Shown: in pieces, positions 54,903 to 64,000 of the stretch
How positions within the stretch are numbered: the stretch's first letter is position 1
Layout of the letters: each line of letters begins with the position of its first letter
DNA from: an uncultured Bacteroidota bacterium
Lineage (GTDB): Bacteria; Bacteroidota; Bacteroidia; Bacteroidales; UBA12481
Assembly: GCA_903919065.1 (NCBI GenBank)
Contig: CAIXHD010000345.1
Span: forward strand, 87,231-151,230
DNA: 64,000 bases
Direction: 5' to 3'
Translations under genes and position numbers: made by a program
Notes under the pieces: model-generated
What the model saw: only the letters and a program-made list of their open reading frames with translations
The model's database searches: none
Told to the model about the DNA's origin: nothing

Positions 54903-56006
54903 TTATACCTGACTAATTTGACCGTCGGTCACCTGAAACATACGATATTCAGCAGTCAAGCCTGATAATATAGCTTGCAGGTGCTTCATATTTGTATCCG
55001 TGATAAAAATCTGGCCGAAATGATCCTCTGATACCAGTTTTATAATCTGGGTCACTCTATTGGCATCGAGTTTATCAAATACATCATCAAGCAGAATCAT
55101 TGGTCTCAAATTGGAAATTTTTTTCAGAAAATCATACTGTGCCATTTTTAGTGCCACGAGGTAGGTTTTCTGCTGGCCTTGCGATCCTTGTTGCTTCATC
55201 GGATATCCGGCAAGCTCAAGGACCAGGTCATCGCGGTGTATTCCTACGCTGGTAAATTGCAGTTGCTTATCTTTATCATGCGTTTCCCTCATAAGTTCTG
55301 TTAATGGCCTGTTGCCAGCCTGAGTGAGATATTTAAGTTCAACCTGCTCATGCCCGGTTGAGATATAATCATAGTAGTACTGGAAAATGGGAAGAAGTTG
55401 TGATATAAAATCACTTCTTCTCCGGTAAATCCGCTCCCCAAGCAGTGAAAGCTGATCGTCCCAGATAAACAGGGAGTCTTCATCAAAATATCTTTGTTTC
55501 GAAAAATCTTTCAGAAGACGGTTTCTTTGAGTCAATGCCTTATTATACCGTATTACATCATCCAGATATTGCCTGTCATACTGAGAGATTACTCCGTTCA
55601 TATATCGTCGGCGTTCCTCACTTCCTTCCAGAATCAGGCTGGTATCGGACGGGGAAACCATAACCAGCGGAATCAGTCCGATATGATCTGCCAGTTTCTG
55701 ATATTCCTTATCATTCCGCCGTACCTTCTTTTTCTGATCTCTCCTTAACGCGCAGTGTATTTTTTCCACCTGGCCATCGATCTCAAATTCACCTTGAATC
55801 ATAAAGAAATCGGAGGAATGACGGATGTTGTTCGCATCAAGACTATTGAAATACGACTTACAGAATGCCAGGTAGTAGATAGAATCAAACAGGTTAGTCT
55901 TACCTACCCCATTATTACCCACAAAGCAATTGAGTTTCGGAGAGAGTTCAATATCAAGCTCCTGATAGGTTTTAAAATTCAGCAAACTTAATTTTCTCAG
56001 GTACAT
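54903..56006 (-). CDS. recF: DNA replication and repair protein RecF
   Basis: The start is set at the internal ATG, giving the canonical MYLRKLSLLNFKTY N-terminus. The Walker A motif is GNNGVGKTNL and the signature/Walker B region is SQGQQKTYLVALK...MILLDDVFDKLD. The track start is TTG 56036. Confidence 0.85.
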   Translation of the reverse strand: MYLRKLSLLNFKTYQELDIELSPKLNCFVGNNGVGKTNLFDSIYYLAFCKSYFNSLDANNIRHSSDFFMIQGEFEIDGQVEKIHCALRRDQKKKVRRNDKEYQKLADHIGLIPLVMVSPSDTSLILEGSEERRRYMNGVISQYDRQYLDDVIRYNKALTQRNRLLKDFSKQRYFDEDSLFIWDDQLSLLGERIYRRRSDFISQLLPIFQYYYDYISTGHEQVELKYLTQAGNRPLTELMRETHDKDKQLQFTSVGIHRDDLVLELAGYPMKQQGSQGQQKTYLVALKMAQYDFLKKISNLRPMILLDDVFDKLDANRVTQIIKLVSEDHFGQIFITDTNMKHLQAILSGLTAEYRMFQVTDGQISQV

Positions 56007-56024
56007 ACTTCTCTCGTTTGACGT

Positions 56025-56032
56025 CAAAAATA
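56025..56032 (-). promoter_or_regulatory. -7 promoter box TATTTTTG for recF
   Basis: TAnnTTTG match about 18 nt upstream of ATG 56006, inside the TTG-initiated extension of the track ORF. Coordinates are derived from track arithmetic and may be off by 1 nt. Confidence 0.4.
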
Positions 56033-56104
56033 GCAATACTCCGGCTAAGAGAGGCGTCTTCAGAGTTTTTTACACAGGCTATTTTAAATAAGGTTTAATT
56101 ATTA

Positions 56105-56112
56105 TAAATTTG
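56105..56112 (+). promoter_or_regulatory. -7 promoter box TAAATTTG for the TPR protein gene
   Basis: Exact TAnnTTTG match that ends 1 nt before the track ATG (56114) and 22 nt upstream of ATG 56135. Confidence 0.5.
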
Positions 56113-56134
56113 CATGTTTTTTATAATATACTTT

Positions 56135-56827
56135 ATGGTTAGCAAATCGAAAGGCAAGAAAGAAGACAATCTCGAAGTTGTCGAGCACGCATTGACTAAT
56201 ACCGAGCACTTTATTGAGCAGAACCAGAAAACAATTACTCTGGCAATCATCGTTATTATTGCTGTTGTTGGTATTTTCCTTGGTTACAAACGGTTTATTG
56301 TTGCTCCGAAAGAAAAGGAAGCACAGTCACAAATGTATGCTGCAGAGCAATACTTTGCAAAGGATTCATTCAACCTTGCGCTCAAGGGTGATGGCAACAA
56401 TCTGGGTTTCATTGAAATTATCAATGAGTATAAATCAACCAGATCAGCAAAGTTAGCCCACTATTATAGCGGGATTTCTTACTTGAAACTCGGTAAATTT
56501 CAGGAAGCGATTGATCAGCTGAAAAAATTCACACTGAAAGATGATATGGTCAGCCCGATTGCACAAGGTGCTATGGGTGATGCTTATTGTGAACTTAGCC
56601 AGTTTGACAAAGCCATTGATTTATACTTGAAGGCAGCCAGAATGAAGCCTAATGATTTTATCACTCCGATTTACCTGATGAAAGCCGGCGAGTTACTTGA
56701 AGGAAACAAGGAGCTCAAAAAAGCAGTTGATCTTTATAAAGAGATTCAAAAGAAATATCCCGAATCTGATGAAGGTCGGAAGATAGAAAAGTATATAGCC
56801 CGAGCTGAGGCCGGACTTACAAAATAA
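56135..56827 (+). CDS. Membrane-anchored tetratricopeptide-repeat protein
   Basis: The start is moved to ATG 56135 (MVSKSKGKKE). It has a single TM helix ITLAIIVIIAVVGIFLGY followed by TPR-like helical repeats (AHYYSGISYLKLGKFQEAI, GDAYCELSQFDKAIDLY). Confidence 0.7.
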   Translation: MVSKSKGKKEDNLEVVEHALTNTEHFIEQNQKTITLAIIVIIAVVGIFLGYKRFIVAPKEKEAQSQMYAAEQYFAKDSFNLALKGDGNNLGFIEIINEYKSTRSAKLAHYYSGISYLKLGKFQEAIDQLKKFTLKDDMVSPIAQGAMGDAYCELSQFDKAIDLYLKAARMKPNDFITPIYLMKAGELLEGNKELKKAVDLYKEIQKKYPESDEGRKIEKYIARAEAGLTK

Positions 56828-56844
56828 AAGTTTTGATAAATCAG

Positions 56845-56869
56845 GCCGGGATTTACCCGGCTTTTTTTT
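56845..56869 (+). terminator. Rho-independent terminator-like hairpin between the TPR gene and ribH
   Basis: The stem GCCGGG (56845..56850) pairs with CCCGGC (56856..56861) and is followed by T8. The T-tract ends 6 nt before the ribH ATG. Confidence 0.6.
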
Positions 56870-56875
56870 GCTCCT

Positions 56876-57367
56876 ATGGCAACCTCGCTTAAAAACCTGT
56901 CTGCTTACGATCCGGCATCTGTTCCAGATTGCTCTGAATTTAAGTTCGGAATAGTAGTATCGGAATGGAATGAATCAATTACTTCCGCGTTGGCTCAGGG
57001 TTGTGTTGATACCCTGGTAAAACATGGTGCGAAGATTGAAAATATCAGGCTGCACACAGTGCCGGGCAGCTTCGAACTACCTCTCGGCGGACAATTCCTT
57101 CTTGATTCTTCTGATACAGATGCAGTGATTCTTATCGGCTGTGTAATCCAGGGAGAAACACGGCACTTCGATTTCATTTGTCAGGCGGTAGCACAGGGAT
57201 GCATGGAGCTTGGAATGAAATACAATAAACCTTCTGTTTTTGGATTATTGACCACCAATAACCTTCAGCAGGCAATTGACCGCTCAGGCGGCATTCATGG
57301 CAACAAGGGTGACGAGGCCGCGCTAACGGCAATCAAAATGGTCCATTTAAAGCGAAAGCTGAAGTAA
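56876..57367 (+). CDS. ribH: 6,7-dimethyl-8-ribityllumazine synthase
   Basis: 163 aa with FGIVVSEWNE, VPGSFELP, GCVIQGETRHFDFI and GNKGDEAA motifs. Confidence 0.9.
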   Translation: MATSLKNLSAYDPASVPDCSEFKFGIVVSEWNESITSALAQGCVDTLVKHGAKIENIRLHTVPGSFELPLGGQFLLDSSDTDAVILIGCVIQGETRHFDFICQAVAQGCMELGMKYNKPSVFGLLTTNNLQQAIDRSGGIHGNKGDEAALTAIKMVHLKRKLK

Positions 57368-57370
57368 CAA

Positions 57371-57412
57371 CTGCCGACTGAGTACTGTTGACTGAGTACT
57401 GCCGACTGCCAA
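57371..57412 (+). repeat. Three tandem 14-nt units filling the ribH-yidC convergent intergenic gap
   Basis: The units are CTGCCGACTGAGTA, CTGTTGACTGAGTA and CTGCCGACTGCCAA. Units 1 and 2 each contain the palindrome AGTACT. Confidence 0.7.
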
Positions 57413-59278
57413 CTACCTTTTTGTCTGAACGCCTCTCTCTTTTGCCATGAGCTCTATCCTCTCCTGAAATTTCGACTTCTTGACAGGCTTTTTCTGATTT
57501 TCCTTGAGTTTATTAAGGATCTGTTCTTCATTGACAAATCTCTTGACAAGGATTTGCTGCAGGTATGAGAAAACGTTTGAGAAGAAATAATATACGCTGA
57601 GACCAGCGGCATAGGAGTTGAACCAGAACAGCATCATAACAGGCATCATGTACATCATCACTTTCATACCAGGCACCGGCTGTGCAGTCTGAGTCTGGTC
57701 CATTGACATCTTGGTAGTGACAAGCATAGAAGCAGCCATCAGCAGCGTAAATAAGCTGATATGGGCACCATAACCGGGAATAGTGAAAGGAAGGTTCAAA
57801 ATCGAATCATAGGTCGATAGATCGGCTGCCCAAAGGAATGGTTTTCCACGCAATTCAATGGATGACGGAAAAAAGCGAAACAAAGCTATCCAGATAGGCA
57901 TCTGTAATAAAGTAGGGAGGCATCCACCTAAAGGATTCACTCCCGCTTTTTTATAGAGGGCCATGGTTGCCTGTTGCTTTTCCATAGCTTTATCAGCGCC
58001 GAATTTCTTGTTGATCTCATCAATCTGAGGCTTCAGTACTTTCATCTTGGCCCCTGAGATAAAGGACTTATAACTCAATGGGAAAACCAAAAGTTTAAAG
58101 AAGATGGTAAGAATAATAATAATGATACCATAATTGCCTACGACTCCTTCCAGCCAATGAAAGATGTTAATTACAAACCATTTATTTATCCATGCGATAA
58201 ACTTCCAGCCCAAATCCACTAACTGGGTAAGATCATGTCCCTCCGCCTTTAGTGTTTTGTAATGATTAGGAACAAAATAGAATGTGAGAGCAATATCCTC
58301 CTGACTTTTTCCACCATAGGGCAAGCTGATTTCAGCTGAAAAAGTCTTGATAGGATCAGCAGTTTCTTCCGGAGTAATTGAATTTATCCGGGCGCTGGTC
58401 ATATAATTATTGGCCATCAAAACAGTTGAAAAGAACTGTTGCTTGAAACCGATCCATTCGACTTTTGTTGCAAGGTTTTCAGAAGCCGCAGACTTTATTG
58501 TTGACGCCTTAAGTTTACCCGGATCACTCTGGTAATATTTATATTGAACGGTCGCGTACTGTGCATCTCCCTTCTTCCACTTTTCTTGCTGGCGAATATC
58601 CATAACCCAGTCGAGATCGATCATGGTGGTGTTTTTCCCAAGTACCTGATCCATACCCTGCATGCGGATGGTATAACTCAGTTTATATGAGTCGGGTTCC
58701 AACGTATAGACAAAGTCAATATAACTGCCTTCACCTGCAGGAAGACGCATAACCAGAGTTTTGGCCCCGGTTTCCGCATTCTGGGTTTCCTCCTCAGTCT
58801 GAGGAAGAAAATAAAGATTCTGGGTAGCAATCGCCTTATTCTGAGTGAAGAACTGAAGGCTGAAGTGCGTGGTTTCACCATCAAAAAGTAATACCGGCTT
58901 TTTCTCAAAAGTTTTGTACTCTTTAAGTTCGGCAGAATATGGACGTCCGCCTTTTGAGGTGAACCTCACCTTGATTTTTTTATTCTCGAGAAAAAAGAAT
59001 TTCTCTTCGCCTGTTGATGCAGCAGCAAAAGCTCCCAGTTCATTAACTTTTAGCTGATTAAGCTCTTCTGGTGTTGCGGCTGTAGTTATCCTGGCCGTAG
59101 TATCTGCAAAGCTTTGTTTCTGCTGGGTGTCAATGGCCCGTTGCCTTTCGACCTGCTGAATGGAATCATTATATCTCTGATTTCGCTCCAGATCCTCTTT
59201 GGAAGGTTTTGTAAAAAGGCTGTAAGCTACTAGCAGCACACCCATCAACACTAAGCCTATAAGGGACTTCTTATCCAT
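57413..59278 (-). CDS. yidC: Membrane protein insertase YidC (long Bacteroidota form)
   Basis: 621 aa with an N-terminal TM, a large periplasmic domain, and a C-terminal insertase core (GGCLPTLLQMPIWIALF, YAAGLSVYYFFSN). Confidence 0.9.
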   Translation of the reverse strand: MDKKSLIGLVLMGVLLVAYSLFTKPSKEDLERNQRYNDSIQQVERQRAIDTQQKQSFADTTARITTAATPEELNQLKVNELGAFAAASTGEEKFFFLENKKIKVRFTSKGGRPYSAELKEYKTFEKKPVLLFDGETTHFSLQFFTQNKAIATQNLYFLPQTEEETQNAETGAKTLVMRLPAGEGSYIDFVYTLEPDSYKLSYTIRMQGMDQVLGKNTTMIDLDWVMDIRQQEKWKKGDAQYATVQYKYYQSDPGKLKASTIKSAASENLATKVEWIGFKQQFFSTVLMANNYMTSARINSITPEETADPIKTFSAEISLPYGGKSQEDIALTFYFVPNHYKTLKAEGHDLTQLVDLGWKFIAWINKWFVINIFHWLEGVVGNYGIIIIILTIFFKLLVFPLSYKSFISGAKMKVLKPQIDEINKKFGADKAMEKQQATMALYKKAGVNPLGGCLPTLLQMPIWIALFRFFPSSIELRGKPFLWAADLSTYDSILNLPFTIPGYGAHISLFTLLMAASMLVTTKMSMDQTQTAQPVPGMKVMMYMMPVMMLFWFNSYAAGLSVYYFFSNVFSYLQQILVKRFVNEEQILNKLKENQKKPVKKSKFQERIELMAKERGVQTKR

Positions 59279-59325
59279 TTCTGATCAATTCGTTATAAAA
59301 ATATTTAGCGGGCTAAAGTAAGGAA

Positions 59326-63253
<3,928 letters not shown>

Positions 63254-63271
63254 TTTAAGAATGATAATGGG

Positions 63272-64000
63272 TTACGATTCAAAACGATCCAGTAAATCGA
63301 TCTTTTCTTTGAGAAGTTGAATTCGCTCACGCTCCTGGGCAATTTTGTTTTCCACTTCGCGGATAAGAGATTCAGATTTCTGCGATTTTGCAAAGAATCC
63401 TATGTTATTCTCCCAGAGAACAACGTCACTCTCCATTTGCTTAAGCTTGTTCACCAATTTCTCTCGTTCAGATGAAATACGGTTTCTATTTTTGGGGGAT
63501 TGAACAAATGTATCAACTTTTTGCTTATAACGCAAGATTTCATTTCTGGGTTCATCTACCTCAAGCCGGTCGAAATGTTTCCGCAGAGCATCCCTGAATT
63601 CTTTTTGAACCTCATCTTTTCTCTCGATCGGTATATGACCTATTGAGGTGAACTCTTTCTGAATGTCTTTCAGCATTGTCAGATCCTCATGATGATTTTC
63701 TGACGGGGCGAAAGATTTGACTTTTTCAACCAGTTCGAGCTTAAGCCTTAGGTTTTCTGTCTGCTCAGAATCCTGCGAGCTGAAATATTCAGATTTCTTT
63801 TTAAAGAAATTATCACAGGCGGTACGGAAACGATGCCAAAGTGCGTCGGAATATTTCCGGGGTACCGGGCCAATTTCTTTCCACTTTTTTTGGATAGTCA
63901 CCAATTCTTCAGAGGTTTTTCTCCATTCAGTGCTGTTGCTCAAGGTTTCAGCCTGCATGCACAGGTCGGTTTTCAGCTGAAGATTTCCATGCTGATCATC
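63272..64000 (-). CDS. DUF349-repeat protein, C-terminal part; 5' end lies outside the window
   Basis: Repeated helical DUF349 pattern (IQKKWKEIGPVPRKYSDALWHRFRTACDNFF, IQKEFTSIGHIPIERKDEVQKEFRDAL). The frame stays open upstream of Met 63958 to nt 64000. Confidence 0.7.
   Translation of the reverse strand, partial: DDQHGNLQLKTDLCMQAETLSNSTEWRKTSEELVTIQKKWKEIGPVPRKYSDALWHRFRTACDNFFKKKSEYFSSQDSEQTENLRLKLELVEKVKSFAPSENHHEDLTMLKDIQKEFTSIGHIPIERKDEVQKEFRDALRKHFDRLEVDEPRNEILRYKQKVDTFVQSPKNRNRISSEREKLVNKLKQMESDVVLWENNIGFFAKSQKSESLIREVENKIAQERERIQLLKEKIDLLDRFES

Noticed and set aside
55975-55985. An apparent extra C at 55980/55981 in my reading of the nucleotide text, which would frameshift recF.
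   Set aside because: The supplied ORF translations on both strands (RecF and the antisense ORF 55755..55991) read straight through this point. Numbering is consistent again by 56114. It is most likely my own reading error, so nearby hand-derived coordinates may be off by 1 nt.
56828-56875. An FMN riboswitch upstream of ribH.
   Set aside because: The gap is only 48 nt and is occupied by a simple hairpin. An FMN (RFN) element needs well over 100 nt with a multi-stem junction.
57371-57412. Tandem 14-nt repeats considered as a CRISPR or minisatellite array.
   Set aside because: There are only three contiguous units with no spacers, the units are far shorter than CRISPR repeats, and no cas genes are present. 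They are kept only as a small intergenic repeat.

Overview
This 64-kb window reads as a gene-dense chromosomal segment of an anaerobic Bacteroidota-type bacterium. The lineage call rests on T9SS C-terminal sorting domains, FISUMP-domain proteins, recurring TAnnTTTG -7 promoter boxes, a GT3 glycogen synthase and a Na+-pumping methylmalonyl-CoA decarboxylase operon. All calls come from motif recognition by eye plus the supplied ORF track; no searches were run. Contents from left to right: (1) 1-13.3 kb holds a glycogen supercluster in two convergent operons. It carries pepD-glgB-GH13 on the plus strand and GDE-GT4-GH57 plus a 1415-aa GT3 synthase/GT35 phosphorylase fusion on the minus strand. 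(2) 13.5 kb holds a 55-aa 2x[4Fe-4S] ferredoxin that falls below the ORF-track size cutoff. (3) 13.7-20.7 kb holds citrate lyase (a citD-citE fusion plus citF) directly downstream of mce-mmdA-mmdD-mmdC-mmdB, with a terminator/promoter module between the two units. (4) 20.9-30.8 kb holds a tricorn-like protease and a three-gene phosphorelay (2 kinase cores, 6 receiver domains, no Hpt and no output domain). (5) 30.8-34.6 kb holds an overlapping photolyase-queE-OmpA/TolB-like operon. (6) 34.8-42.2 kb encodes secreted proteins: a T9SS cargo, two FISUMP paralogues, an Isf-type flavoprotein and a GH38 mannosidase. (7) 42.4-45.9 kb holds a PAS kinase plus a REC-kinase, and a tRNA-Arg(TCT). (8) 45.9-49.5 kb holds two tandem fused LeuC/LeuD-like aconitase-superfamily dehydratases. 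(9) 49.5-64 kb holds housekeeping genes: a methyltransferase, an MBL hydrolase, three FKBP lipoproteins, nrnA, ndk, DUF721, recF, a TPR protein, ribH, yidC, pyrG, a TonB-dependent receptor and DUF349. I found no CRISPR array, transposase, integrase, prophage or recognisable defence system. The items most worth a second look are the citD-citE fusion tied to the mmd pump, the tandem fused aconitase-like pair, the synthase-phosphorylase fusion and a T9SS-CTD/FISUMP Rosetta-stone arrangement. None of these is demonstrably novel from sequence alone.
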